In this document: positions 17,263 through 27,557 of the stretch, piece by piece
Layout: every line of letters begins with the position of its first letter
Position numbering within the stretch: the first letter of the stretch is position 1
NCBI GenBank assembly: GCA_963704725.1
Contig: OY969934.1
Span: 2,080,001 to 2,144,000 of the forward strand
Source of the DNA: an uncultured Actinomycetes bacterium
Lineage (GTDB): Bacteria; Actinomycetota; UBA4738; HRBIN12
DNA: 64,000 nucleotides
Direction of reading: 5' to 3'
Position numbers and translations under genes: made by a program
The notes under the pieces: model-generated
What the model was told of the DNA's origin: nothing
Database searches by the model: none
The model's input: only the letters and a program-made list of their open reading frames with translations

Positions 17263-18948
17263 TCACTTCACCACCCTCGCGATCTCCTCGATGGACGTCA
17301 GGCCCGCGCGGGACTTCTCGAGCCCGTCGTCGCGGAGTGTCATCATTCCCTGCTCGATGGCCACGGCCCGGATCGTGTCCGAGGACGCGCGCTCGACCGT
17401 GAGCCTCTCGATCTCTTCGGACATCAACATCACTTCATAAAGCCCGATCCGTCCGCGGTATCCCGTCGTGGAACAGGCGGGACACCCCACGGCCCGGTGG
17501 AACTTGGCCCCCTCGGGGATCTGGGACTCGCTGAACCCCGCCTCGATCAGCTCCGCCGGCTCCGGCTCGAAGGGCTCGGCACACCGCTCGCAGAGCTTGC
17601 GGGCCAGGCGCTGAGCGACCACGCAGTCCACGGCCGAGGCCACCAGGAACGTCTCGACCTCCATCTCGATCAGCCGGGTGATCGCGCTCGGCGCGTCGTT
17701 GGTGTGGAGGGAGGACAGGACGAGGTGGCCGGTGAGGGCCGACTCGACCGCGATCATGGCGGTCTCGCGGTCACGGATCTCACCGATCATGATGATGTCG
17801 GGGTCGGCGCGCAGGATGGAGCGCAGCGCCGAGGCGAACGTGAGGCCCGCCTTGGGGTTGACCTGGATCTGGTTGACGCCGGCCAGCCGGTACTCGACCG
17901 GGTCCTCGACCGTGATGATGTGCTTGTCGGGGCTGTTCACGATGTTGAGCGTCGCGTACAGCGACGTCGACTTGCCGGAGCCGGTCGGCCCGGTGGCCAG
18001 GATCGCGCCGTAGGGCTTGCGGAAGGCGGCCTCGTACCGCTTGAAGGCGGACTCGAGGAAGCCAAGGTCGGACAGCTGCAAGAGCGCGTTGCTCTTGTCC
18101 AGGATCCGGATGACGACCTTCTCGCCGTACACCGTCGGCAGGGTCGCGACACGCAGGTCCAGCTGCTTGGTGCCCACGCGCATCCCGATCCGGCCGTCCT
18201 GGGGGACCCGTTTCTCCGCGATGTTCATGTCGGCCATCACCTTGAGCCGGCTGATCAGCCCGCCCTGGATGCTCTTGGGCGAGTGCATGACCTCGTGGAG
18301 CACGCCGTCAACGCGGAACCGGACGCGCACGTCCTTCTCGCTCGGCTCGATGTGGACGTCCGAGGCCCGGTCGGCGACGGCCTGGGTCATGATGGCCTGG
18401 ACGAGCTTGACGATCGGGGCGTCCTCGACGGCCGCCTCGACGTCGGCCAGGTCGGTGTCGTCCATGCCCTCGACGGCCTCGGCGGCCAGCGCCTCGACCT
18501 GGTCGCCCATGCCGGAGAACTTGCCGATGGCCTGCTCCACGTCGTTGGCCGTGGCCACGACGGGTTGGACCTCGCGCCCGGTGATCGTGCGGATGTCGTC
18601 GAGCGCGTACACGTTGGCGGGGTCCGACATCGCGACCAGGAGCTTCCCGTCGCGCTCGTCGATGGCGAGCGCCCGGTAGCGGCGGCAGATCGCGTCGGGG
18701 ATCAGGGTCGCGATGCCGGCGTCGATCCGGTAGTCGGACAGGTCGACGAACTCCAGGCCGACCTGCTCGGCGAGGGCGCGGACCAGATCGCGTTCGCGGA
18801 TGTAGCCGAGGTCGATGAGGACGCGGCCGAGCGACTTCGGCGTGTTCTGGTGCTCATCGAGCGCGCGGTCGAGCTGCTCCTGGTCCAGGAGCCCCTGCTC
18901 GAGCAGGATCTGACCGAGCTGCTTCGGCTTTCGCTTCGTCGTTGCCAT
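17263..18948 (-). CDS. pilB: Extension ATPase with N-terminal MshEN-like domain
   Basis: ASDVHIEP, PQDGRI, GPTGSGKSTS, ALTGHLVLSSLHTN, CxxC..CxxC, GYRGRIG. Confidence 0.97.
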   Translation of the reverse strand: MATTKRKPKQLGQILLEQGLLDQEQLDRALDEHQNTPKSLGRVLIDLGYIRERDLVRALAEQVGLEFVDLSDYRIDAGIATLIPDAICRRYRALAIDERDGKLLVAMSDPANVYALDDIRTITGREVQPVVATANDVEQAIGKFSGMGDQVEALAAEAVEGMDDTDLADVEAAVEDAPIVKLVQAIMTQAVADRASDVHIEPSEKDVRVRFRVDGVLHEVMHSPKSIQGGLISRLKVMADMNIAEKRVPQDGRIGMRVGTKQLDLRVATLPTVYGEKVVIRILDKSNALLQLSDLGFLESAFKRYEAAFRKPYGAILATGPTGSGKSTSLYATLNIVNSPDKHIITVEDPVEYRLAGVNQIQVNPKAGLTFASALRSILRADPDIIMIGEIRDRETAMIAVESALTGHLVLSSLHTNDAPSAITRLIEMEVETFLVASAVDCVVAQRLARKLCERCAEPFEPEPAELIEAGFSESQIPEGAKFHRAVGCPACSTTGYRGRIGLYEVMLMSEEIERLTVERASSDTIRAVAIEQGMMTLRDDGLEKSRAGLTSIEEIARVVK

Positions 18949-18985
18949 GCAGGCGGACGTCCTTTGGGCCTAGGTCGACCTATCC

Positions 18986-19012
18986 ATCGGCAGCGTCCAC
19001 GCCGACCTGTAG
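18986..19012 (-). promoter_or_regulatory. sigma28-like promoter CTACAG-N15-GCCGAT for pilB-pilT-pilC
   Basis: Consensus GCCGAT -10, 38 nt upstream of ATG. Confidence 0.65.
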
Positions 19013-19050
19013 CACGCGCGAACGCTGCGAACGGTGCCTGCGGATCCCGC

Positions 19051-21832
19051 TCAAGAGGGGGCCCGCCATCTGCCGGATGCCGGTTCCGCGGGCGCCTCGG
19101 GGACCTCGATCGGGACGGCTGGGGTCGCCGCCGCCCCGGCCGAGCGGGCCCCGGACCGGGATCGCTCGAGCAGGTCCCGGGCGACGGCGGCCTGCGCCCG
19201 GGCCCCTCGGCGGTCGAACCCCCGCAGGGCTCTGCCGGCCACGGACACCGCCTCGTTCTCCCGACCGGCGAGCCCCCGCACCCGCGCCAGGTCCAGGAGG
19301 GCCTCCCCCCGCGTGGGCCAGGCGTCGGTCTGCTCCGCCAGCCGGACCGCGATCCGGGCCGCGGACTCGGCCTCGGAGAACCTGCCGAGCAGCGCCAGCG
19401 CCTTGGCCCGGGCCGTCCGCCAGCCCACCTGGGTGGGGAAGTCCTCGGGAGCCGCCTCGCGTTCGGCGAGCGCGCCCAGCTCCAGGGTCTTCTCCCCCAT
19501 CTCCCGCATGGCCAGGACGTGCGCGAGGGACGACGCAGCCTGGGCGCGGATGCCGTCGCGCCCCGGGCCGGGCTCGAGCTCGAGCACGCCGCGGAACGCG
19601 ACCTCGGCGCCCTCCAGGTCGCCGGCCAACGCCTCGACGGTCCCTCCCCGCCACCGGCACAGCGCGGCCGGCTCCTTCAGACCGAGATCCTCGAGGGCCG
19701 CCAAGGCGCCGGAGGCCAGGCGGCGGGCCTCGTCCATATGGCCACGGCGCGCCTGGAGGACGGCGAGGACGCCCTCGACGTCCTGCCGGGCGGGCCTCTC
19801 GTCCCCCACGCGCTCACGGATCGCCTCGCAGCAGGCGATGGCTTCCGCGATGGGAAGGGGGCCGTTCAGGGTCGCCCACGCCAGGTCGCGGAGCGCCTCC
19901 AGCTCCTCGGCGACCAGACCGGCGTTGGCGGCGTGCCGGGCCGCCCGCTCGGTCGCTTCGGCGCAGCGGGCCAGGTTCCCCCATCGCAGATACACCGCAC
20001 CGCGCAGCGCGAAGGCCCACGACAGGCCCTGTTCGTCGCCGGTCTCCTCGAACACCTGGATCGCCCGACTCACCGTGGTGTGTGCATGCTCGAGCGCGTC
20101 CAGGCCGTAGCCCCCGCGCAGGCCCAGCTTCGCCGAGACCACCTTCGCCCGCCACTCCACGCCGCGTGCGCCGAGCTTCCTCGCCGAGCTCGCGGCGGCG
20201 GCGAGCAACGCGGCGGCGGCCTCGTCGCCGACCGCGGCGAGGGCGATGCCCGAACGCAGGACGAGATCGGATCGGCGCGGATCGGAGGGCGGCACCAGCG
20301 TGGACGCGCGGTGCAGCAACGAGGCGGCGCCCCGGCCGTTCCCGAGCCGCTCGGCCCTGGCCGCCGCCGCCTCGAGCAGGGTCGCGGCGCGTTCGCCGAG
20401 CTCCCGGGTCGACCCCTCGTCGTGCCCCAGCCCGGTCCGCAGCTCGAAGGCCGAGACGAGGTGGGCGGCGATCGCCTCGGCGAAGCGAGGGAGCCGGTCC
20501 CCCGCCACACCCTCGAGCCACGTCGCGCAGTGCTCGTGCACCTCGGCGCGCGCCTCCTCGCGAACGCACGCCGCGGCGGCCTCTCGAACGAGCGCGTGGC
20601 GGAAGGCGAACCAAGCTCGGCCGTCCTCGGCCACATCGCGCACGATGAGACCTTTGCGGGCCAGCTCCTCGAGATGCTCGGCGAGGGCCGGCCGGTGCTC
20701 CGGCGGGAGGAGCTCCGCCACGAGGTCGGCGGGGAACACCTCGCCGACGACGGCCGACAGGCCCGCCACGATCCGTTCCTCGGGCGACGCCCGATCCAGG
20801 CGGGCTCGCAGGACCGCCTCGGCTCCCGGCGGGGTGGGTGGCGCGGAGAGATCGAGGGTCGGCACGACCCGCCCCTGGACCACCCGGACCAGCTCCTCCT
20901 CGACGAGCATCGCGAGCAGGTGTTCGGCGACGAACGGGCTGCCCCCCGAGGTCTCGACGACGAGCCGTCGCACCTCCTCGTCCAGCTCGCTCCCGCCCAC
21001 GAGACCGGCGGCCAGGGACGCCAGGTCGTCGTCCCCGAGCGGCTCCAGACGCGCGATGCCGAGATCGCCCGACGCCTCCACCGCCGGGCCGAACTCCCTT
21101 GCGGCGCAGAGCACCACGAGGGGTACCGCCGGCATCCCGGCCGCCACGGCCCGGATCAGATGCCAGAAGGAGGACTCCACCCGGTCGGCGTCGTCCACCC
21201 ACACCACCAACGCCCGGTCGCCGGCGACCGTCGACAGGATCCGGGAGAGCTCGCGAGGTGTCTCCTGGGCCCGCGCCACCGCCTCGGGGAGCGCGAGGAC
21301 GCCCGCCATCCACTCCACCTCGGAGCGATCCCGCGGGTCCACGAAGAGCGCCTCGAGCTTGCGCCGGGCATCGGCGGCCGGATCACGGTCCCCGATCCCT
21401 GCCACCTGCTCCACGATCTCGGCGAGCGGCCACGCCGTCCCGATCTCCTGGACCGGACGGCAGCGGACCCGCAGCACCCGGGCTTCTCCGCCGGCCTCGA
21501 GCCTGCGCAGCGACTCCTCGACGAGGGCCGTCTTGCCGAGCCCGGGCTCGCCGGCGATCCCCACGAGGCAGCCGATCCGGTCCGCGACGGCGCGATCCAG
21601 GATCTCGCGCAGGTCGGCGCGCTCCCGGTCGCGGCCGATCAGGGGGACCTCGACGACCCGCGCACCGGAGGACGCCGGATGCGGGGGCGCGGAGCGGCTC
21701 CGCGCACTGCTGGCAGAAGCGCGCCGACTCCGAGTTGATCTCGCCGCACGCCGGGCACCGGCTGTGGATCGCTTCCCGGCTCGTCGGAGCGCCCCAGGGG
21801 GCGAAGGAGCCGGAGCGGCCGTCCACGCTCAT
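19051..21832 (-). CDS. Zinc-ribbon + AAA/STAND ATPase + TPR-like protein (one +1 frameshift near 21685)
   Basis: GGGAGG RBS; CPACGEIN..ARFCQQC; LIGRDRE, GEPGLGKT, VWVDDAD, SGGSPF, FAFRHALVREA; helical repeats. Confidence 0.8.
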
Positions 21833-21884
21833 CCGTTGCCTCCCACTCAAGCCGGCCGTCATCGCGTCCTGCGGCCGGTGCGCG

Positions 21885-22838
21885 CTAGGACTGATCGAAG
21901 CCGCTGGCCTCGAGCAGCTTGGAGAACTCCTGGGCGAGCAGGAACCTGTCGACCTCGCCCTCCCGCTCCCGTCGCGGCTCCACGTCGAACTCGACCTCGG
22001 GTTGGGACTGACCCTCGGGCCGTGTCTCCGGCGGTACCTCGGGCTGGGGTTCGGCGGCCGTCTCGGTCGGGGCCGCCGGCCCCTGCGGGGAGATCTGCTC
22101 GGCCGACGCCGGAGCCGGCGCGGGGGCCGGCGCGAGACCACTCGCGGGGTCCGGGAGGGACAGCTCCTGCGGCGGGAGGATCCACGTTCGGGTCTCGGAA
22201 CGACGCTCCGGCGGCGCCAGCTGCGTGGACGCCTCCTCCTGCGGGGCGAGGATCCACGAGACGGGCCGGCGCTCGGGCTCGGCCGGCGGCGCCTCCTCGC
22301 TTTCGGGGGCAAGGATCCACGACAACGGCCGGGCGTGGCGCTCCGAAGGCTCGGGGGCGATCGCCTCCGGGGGCGCGGCGTACTGCAGCGCGGCGTCCTG
22401 CACCTCGAGCCGCATGACCGACGGCGCGTGGACGGGCTGACCCGCGCTCTTGTGCAGCGGCGTCCGCGGCTTGCTCTTCGGGGCGTCGGCCACGTCGGGG
22501 AGCTTCAACGCCTCTCGCTTGGCTCGCGCCTCCTCGGCCGAGAGCAGGAGCTGCTGGAGCTGGTCGATCACGAGTCCGGGCCTGGCGCTCGCCTCCGACA
22601 GCACGAACGCCGCGTAGGGGCCCCGCCGGACGTACACCCACAGCTCGTCGCCGAACTCGACGAACCCCTTCTCGGGGTCGCCGAGGGCGGCGAAGCGCAG
22701 CCAGGCTCGCTGAACGGGGCTCTCATCCGACGGCGGATACGACCCCACGACGAGGCCGTCACGAGTCAGGATGATGCAGCCCTTCAGCTGGCCGACGCTC
22801 ACCGCGATGCGCGCCGCGATTGCGGAGAAATCGTCCAT
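21885..22838 (-). CDS. Roadblock/LC7 (MglB-like) domain protein with long acidic Pro-rich tail
   Basis: LKGCIILTRDGLVVGS is typical of Roadblock domains; low-complexity tail. Confidence 0.6.
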   Translation of the reverse strand: MDDFSAIAARIAVSVGQLKGCIILTRDGLVVGSYPPSDESPVQRAWLRFAALGDPEKGFVEFGDELWVYVRRGPYAAFVLSEASARPGLVIDQLQQLLLSAEEARAKREALKLPDVADAPKSKPRTPLHKSAGQPVHAPSVMRLEVQDAALQYAAPPEAIAPEPSERHARPLSWILAPESEEAPPAEPERRPVSWILAPQEEASTQLAPPERRSETRTWILPPQELSLPDPASGLAPAPAPAPASAEQISPQGPAAPTETAAEPQPEVPPETRPEGQSQPEVEFDVEPRREREGEVDRFLLAQEFSKLLEASGFDQS

Positions 22839-22860
22839 GGTTGTGGGCTTTCTCCGATGC

Positions 22861-22886
22861 ATCGGAGGGATGCCGACGCACTTGAG
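22861..22886 (-). promoter_or_regulatory. sigma28-like promoter CTCAAG-N14-TCCGAT; -10 lies in a perfect 16-bp palindrome (22852-22867)
   Basis: Motif 23 nt upstream of ATG 22838; ctccgatgcatcggag. Confidence 0.6.
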
Positions 22887-22975
22887 GGCCGTCCCCGAGA
22901 AAACCGACCTCCCGGCCCCGGCGTCGTAGCCCGGATGCCCGCTCCGCTCGGCCAGGGGGTTTTCTACGCAACGCC

Positions 22976-23001
22976 TTAAGTCCCCATCCCATCAGCACGA
23001 T
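22976..23001 (+). promoter_or_regulatory. sigma28-like promoter TTAAG-N15-CACGAT for the che operon
   Basis: 50 nt upstream of cheA; -10 imperfect. Confidence 0.45.
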
Positions 23002-23050
23002 GCACACCCAGAGAGGACTGCGTGCACCGACCTGAGGAACGGGGGCTCAG

Positions 23051-25339
23051 TTGTCCGGCGAATGGTCCGATGAGCTCGATGAGGTGATCGGTGAGTTCCT
23101 CGTCGAGAGCAACGAGGGTCTCGATCGCGTCGACCAGGACCTCCTCACGCTCGAGAAGCGCCCTCGCTCGTCGGAGGAGATCGCGCGCATCTTCCGCACC
23201 GTCCACACCATCAAGGGAACGTGCGGATTCCTGGGGTTCGAGCGACTCGAACGGGTCGCCCACGAGGCCGAGGGCCTGCTCGGGAAGTTGCGGGACGGCA
23301 AGCTGACGGCCGACGCCGACATCGTGACCGCGCTCCTCGCCACCGGTGACGCCCTGCGGCGGATGCTCACGGCGATCGAGGCCACCGGGTCGGAGGGCGA
23401 CGGCGACTTCTCGGAGCTCGTCACCACGCTGGCGGCACTGCACGCCGGCGCGCCGAAGACCGGCGCCGGTCGCCCTCGCTCGAGGACCCGAACCGGGCGA
23501 TCGCGGTCCGCCGCCCCCGTCGCCAAGGCGGAGCCCGACACGGTCGCCGTCGATCGAGAGCCGCTCGAGGCGCCCGATACCCCGCCCCCGGCCGCCGAGT
23601 CGCACCCCAGTGTGACCGAGTCCTCGATCCGGGTCGACGTCGGACTGCTGGACGGCCTCATGCGGCTCGTCGGTGAGCTCGTCCTGGCCCGCAACCAGAT
23701 CGTCCAGCGGACGGCGACCCAGCAGGACGCGGTCCTGACGACGACGTCGCAGCGATTGGATCTCATCACGACCGAGCTGCAAGAGGCGGTCATGAAGACC
23801 CGCATGCAGCCCATCGGGACCGTGTGGGGCAAGCTCCCGCGCGTGGTCCGGGACCTCGCCCTCGAGTGCGGCAAGCAGGTCCGCATCCAGCTCGAAGGCG
23901 AGGACACCGAGCTCGACCGGTCGCTGCTCGAGGCCGTTCGAGACCCCCTCACCCACCTCGTTCGCAACGCGGTCGACCACGGCATCGAAGGGCCGGAGAT
24001 CCGCCGAGCCCATGGCAAGCCCGAGGAGGGGACGCTGGTGGTCCGGGCGTTCCACGAGGGCGGCCAGGTCAACATCGAGATCTCGGACGACGGTGCGGGC
24101 ATCGACGCGGCGGAGGTGCGGGCCAAGGCGGTCGAGCTCGGCCTGGTGCCCGCCGAGTCGGTCGCGGGCATAAGCGATCGGGAGCTCCTGAAGCTCATCT
24201 TCCTGCCCGGACTGACCACGGCGGAGGATGTGACCACCCTGTCGGGCCGAGGTGTGGGCATGGACGTCGTTCGTACGAACGTCGAGCGCGTCGGCGGCAG
24301 CGTCGACGTGCAGAGCCGATCCGGCGAGGGCACGACGTTCAGGATCAAGATCCCCTTGACCCTGGCCATCATCCCCGCCCTGATCGTGGAGACGGGCGGC
24401 GAGCGGTACGCCATCCCGCAGGTGAGCCTTCTCGAGCTCGTGCGGATCGAGGCGTCCGACGTGAACCGGTCGATCGAGATGATCCACGGAGCCCCCGTCT
24501 ACCGCCTCCGCGGCCGCCTCCTGCCGTTGGTGTCGCTGGCCCACGAGCTGTGTGGCGTGCCATGGCTGGAGGAGTTCCGTCCGGAGCCGGACCACGGGTC
24601 AGACGGGCACGACCGGGCCGTCAACATCGTGGTGCTCCAGGCCGACGACCGGCAGTTCGGGCTGCTCGTCGAGGGCGTCAGCGACTCGGCCGAGATCGTC
24701 GTGAAGCCGCTCGAGCACCACCTGAAGGGGATCGGGACGTTCGCCGGCGCGACCATCATGGGCGACGGCAGGGTGGGGCTCATCCTCGACGTCATCGGCC
24801 TGGCGCAGCGGGCCCACGTGGTCGACACCGCGCGGGACCACGCCCTCATCGATGTCGCGGCAGAGAGTCCGGACGCCGAGGTCGAGACCACGAGCCTCCT
24901 GCTGTTCGAGGACGCGATGGGAGGCCGGATGTCGGTTCCGCTGGAGCTGGTCGACCGCCTCGAGGAGTTCTCCATCTCCTCGGTGGAGCGATCCGGCCCG
25001 CAGGACGTGGTGCAGTATCGCGACGAGATCCTGCCCCTGTACGACGTCTCGGCCCTCCTTCTCGAGCGACGGCGCACGCCCCGCGGAGAACCCTCCGACG
25101 AGTGGGATCGCGGGACGATCCAGGTGATCGTCCTGCGACACGCGGGGGGTCGCGTCGGCATCACGGTCGAGCGGATCCTCGACACCGTCGACGAGGTGAT
25201 GGATCTCAAGCCGGCGAGCCGGCCTGGGGTCGCCGGCACGTTGGTCATCAACGGTCGCGTGACCGAGGTCCTCGACGTGCCGGAGCTCCTGGCCTCCTCC
25301 CGCGAGGAACGATCACTGCAGGAGGCGCTTCCGGCATGA
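23051..25339 (+). CDS. cheA: Chemotaxis histidine kinase (no clear P2; two CheW-like domains)
   Basis: IFRTVHTIKG Hpt, IRVDV..LD.LM.LVGELVL.RN, HLVRNAVDHGIE, SGRGVGMDVV. Confidence 0.97.
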   Translation: MSGEWSDELDEVIGEFLVESNEGLDRVDQDLLTLEKRPRSSEEIARIFRTVHTIKGTCGFLGFERLERVAHEAEGLLGKLRDGKLTADADIVTALLATGDALRRMLTAIEATGSEGDGDFSELVTTLAALHAGAPKTGAGRPRSRTRTGRSRSAAPVAKAEPDTVAVDREPLEAPDTPPPAAESHPSVTESSIRVDVGLLDGLMRLVGELVLARNQIVQRTATQQDAVLTTTSQRLDLITTELQEAVMKTRMQPIGTVWGKLPRVVRDLALECGKQVRIQLEGEDTELDRSLLEAVRDPLTHLVRNAVDHGIEGPEIRRAHGKPEEGTLVVRAFHEGGQVNIEISDDGAGIDAAEVRAKAVELGLVPAESVAGISDRELLKLIFLPGLTTAEDVTTLSGRGVGMDVVRTNVERVGGSVDVQSRSGEGTTFRIKIPLTLAIIPALIVETGGERYAIPQVSLLELVRIEASDVNRSIEMIHGAPVYRLRGRLLPLVSLAHELCGVPWLEEFRPEPDHGSDGHDRAVNIVVLQADDRQFGLLVEGVSDSAEIVVKPLEHHLKGIGTFAGATIMGDGRVGLILDVIGLAQRAHVVDTARDHALIDVAAESPDAEVETTSLLLFEDAMGGRMSVPLELVDRLEEFSISSVERSGPQDVVQYRDEILPLYDVSALLLERRRTPRGEPSDEWDRGTIQVIVLRHAGGRVGITVERILDTVDEVMDLKPASRPGVAGTLVINGRVTEVLDVPELLASSREERSLQEALPA

Positions 25340-25764
25340 CGACGAGACAGTTCACGACCTTCTACGCGGACGAGCGGTACTTCGGCATCGACGTGACGAA
25401 GGTCCAGGAGGTCCTGCGCTACCAGGACATGACGCGCGCCCCACTCGCGCCGGCGGAGATCCGCGGCCTGATCAACCTCCGCGGACAGATCGTCGTGGCG
25501 CTCGACCTGCGACGGCGGCTGGGCTTGCCCGACCGCGCCGAGGGGAGCCTGCCGATGAACGTGGTCGTGCGGGCGGACGACGCGTTGATCAGCCTGCTGG
25601 TGGACGAGATCGGGGACGTCCTCGAGGTGGATGAGGACCTCTTCGAAGAGCCGCCGGAGACCTTGCAGGCCGGCCGGGAGTTCGTCCGGGGGGCCTACAA
25701 GCTCGACGGACGGCTGCTGCTCGAGCTCGACATGGAGAAGGCCATCGACATCACGTCCGGATAG
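25336..25764 (+). CDS. cheW: Chemotaxis coupling protein
   Basis: [31 protein letters not shown]. Confidence 0.95.
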   Translation: MTTRQFTTFYADERYFGIDVTKVQEVLRYQDMTRAPLAPAEIRGLINLRGQIVVALDLRRRLGLPDRAEGSLPMNVVVRADDALISLLVDEIGDVLEVDEDLFEEPPETLQAGREFVRGAYKLDGRLLLELDMEKAIDITSG

Positions 25765-25816
25765 ATCGAGACAGCTGGGACGCGAACCAACCGAACGAGG
25801 AAGGGAAGGGGTCGAC

Positions 25817-27520
25817 GTGAACGTCATCATCAGGACGATCCGGGACTCTCGGATCCGTACGAAGCTCGCCGCCCTCACGGCGATCGGCCTGATCGGTGCC
25901 GTGGTCGTCGCGATGTTCGGGGTCGGCGCCCTCTCCAACCTGCGCGGCGTGTCCGACCGAGAGGTCGCCATCAACCGGATCAAGGCCGGTCTGAACCACC
26001 TCGACGGACGCATGAGCGAGCTCAAGGTCGACGCGTTCCGCTCGCTGATCCCGGTCGAGGACGCCCAGGCCCTCGCCGAGGAGCTCGTCGGGGACCTCCA
26101 GACCATCGACGAGGTCTGGGCCCAGGAGCTCGACCCGTACGCCGACCTCGCCCCGGCCCCCCTGCAGCAAGCGCTCGTCGATCTGAAGCAGGGATCGCAC
26201 GGGTTCGCAGCCTTCATCGATGAGTTCTCCGCCCTGGCGCGGCGGGATCCGGACGCCGCCCTGGCGCGCGAGTCCGAGATCCAGGACCGCAACCACGCGA
26301 TGGACGACGTCGTCGACGGGACGCACGCGCTCGCCGACACGGAGATGGCGGCCACGCAGGCGGAGACGCGCAGCACGATCTCCGACGCCCGCCGGACGAT
26401 GATCCTCGTGGTGCTCGCCGCGCTGGCGCTGGCCATCTTCATCTGGTGGGCGCTCTCGCGGATGATCTCGCGGCCGCTGCGGCGCAGCGCCGAGGTGCTG
26501 TCCCGGGTGGTCGGGGGCGACCTCACCCAGCGCATCCACGTCGAGTCGATGGACGAGGTCGGTCAGATGGCGCAGGCCCTGAACACCTCGGTCGAGGCCA
26601 CCCAGGAGGCCATGCGGGCGATCCGCGAGTCGGCCGTCACGCTGGCGTCCTCCTCGGAGGAGCTGTCGGCCACGTCCTCGCAGATGAGCGCGGCGGCCGA
26701 GGAGACCTCCGCGCAGGCCAACGCGGTCTCGGCCGCGGCCGAGCAGGTCTCCAACAACGCGCAGTCGGTCTCGACCTCCTCCGAGCAGATGTCCACCTCG
26801 ATCCGTGAGATCGCGACCTCGGCCAACGAGGCCGCGGCCGTGGCCGCCAACGCCGTCGAGGTCGCCGGCTCCACGACGGCCACCGTGGCCCGGCTCGGAG
26901 AGTCCTCGGCCGAGATCGGCGAGGTCATCAAGGTCATCACCTCGATCGCCGAGCAGACCAACCTGCTCGCCCTGAACGCCACGATCGAGGCGGCCAGGGC
27001 CGGCGAGGCCGGCAAGGGCTTCGCGGTCGTGGCCAACGAGGTCAAGGAGCTGGCCAAGGAGACGGCCCGGGCCACCGAGGAGATCGGGTCCAAGATCCTG
27101 GCGATCCAGGACGACGCGACGGCCGCCGTGGAGGCGATCGGTCAGATCGGCGAGGTCATCACCAAGATCAACGACATCCAGGCCACGATCGCCTCGGCGG
27201 TCGAGGAGCAGACCGTGACCACGAACGAGATCTCGCGCAGCGTGGGCGAGGCCGCTCGTGGGGCCAACGACATCGCCGCCAACATCACGGGCGTGGCGCG
27301 GGCGACGGAGGACACGTCCGGAGGCGCCGCCTCCACGCAGTCGGCCGCCCACAACCTGGCCCAGCTCGCCGAGGAGCTCGGCCACCTCGTCGGTCGGTTC
27401 GTCGTGGAGGACGGATCGGGCAACGACTCGGCGCGCGAGATGCACGCAGGATCCATATGGCACGGACCGCACGGCCAGGAGCAGGAGCTGGTCGGGGCCG
27501 TCAAGGGCTCGAGCGACTAG
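25817..27520 (+). CDS. Methyl-accepting chemotaxis protein 1 (TM-sensor-TM-HAMP-signalling)
   Basis: Two TM helices, [45 protein letters not shown]. Confidence 0.95.
   Translation: MNVIIRTIRDSRIRTKLAALTAIGLIGAVVVAMFGVGALSNLRGVSDREVAINRIKAGLNHLDGRMSELKVDAFRSLIPVEDAQALAEELVGDLQTIDEVWAQELDPYADLAPAPLQQALVDLKQGSHGFAAFIDEFSALARRDPDAALARESEIQDRNHAMDDVVDGTHALADTEMAATQAETRSTISDARRTMILVVLAALALAIFIWWALSRMISRPLRRSAEVLSRVVGGDLTQRIHVESMDEVGQMAQALNTSVEATQEAMRAIRESAVTLASSSEELSATSSQMSAAAEETSAQANAVSAAAEQVSNNAQSVSTSSEQMSTSIREIATSANEAAAVAANAVEVAGSTTATVARLGESSAEIGEVIKVITSIAEQTNLLALNATIEAARAGEAGKGFAVVANEVKELAKETARATEEIGSKILAIQDDATAAVEAIGQIGEVITKINDIQATIASAVEEQTVTTNEISRSVGEAARGANDIAANITGVARATEDTSGGAASTQSAAHNLAQLAEELGHLVGRFVVEDGSGNDSAREMHAGSIWHGPHGQEQELVGAVKGSSD
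26552..27419 (+). repeat. About 868-bp direct repeat, copy 1 (MCP cytoplasmic region)
   Basis: Matches 28314-29181 at offset 1762; off-frame ORFs are identical in both copies. Confidence 0.92.
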
Positions 27521-27533
27521 GACACGAACCGAT
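27509..27533 (+). promoter_or_regulatory. sigma28-like promoter TCGAG-N14-ACCGAT upstream of MCP2
   Basis: Overlaps MCP1 stop; near-copy at 29298-29321 (N13) before cheY; GACAG-N15-ACCGAA at 25770-25795 before MCP1. Confidence 0.5.
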
Positions 27534-27557
27534 GTGAACGGAGAAGGAGAGGGGGAC

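Noticed and set aside
19050-19077. Plus-strand CTCAAG-N16-GCCGGA sigma28-like site
   Set aside because: Wrong spacing and -10, and it points antisense into the ATPase gene
17080-21738. 1552-aa plus-strand ORF and other long antisense ORFs
   Set aside because: Shadow frames of high-GC genes with no recognisable motifs
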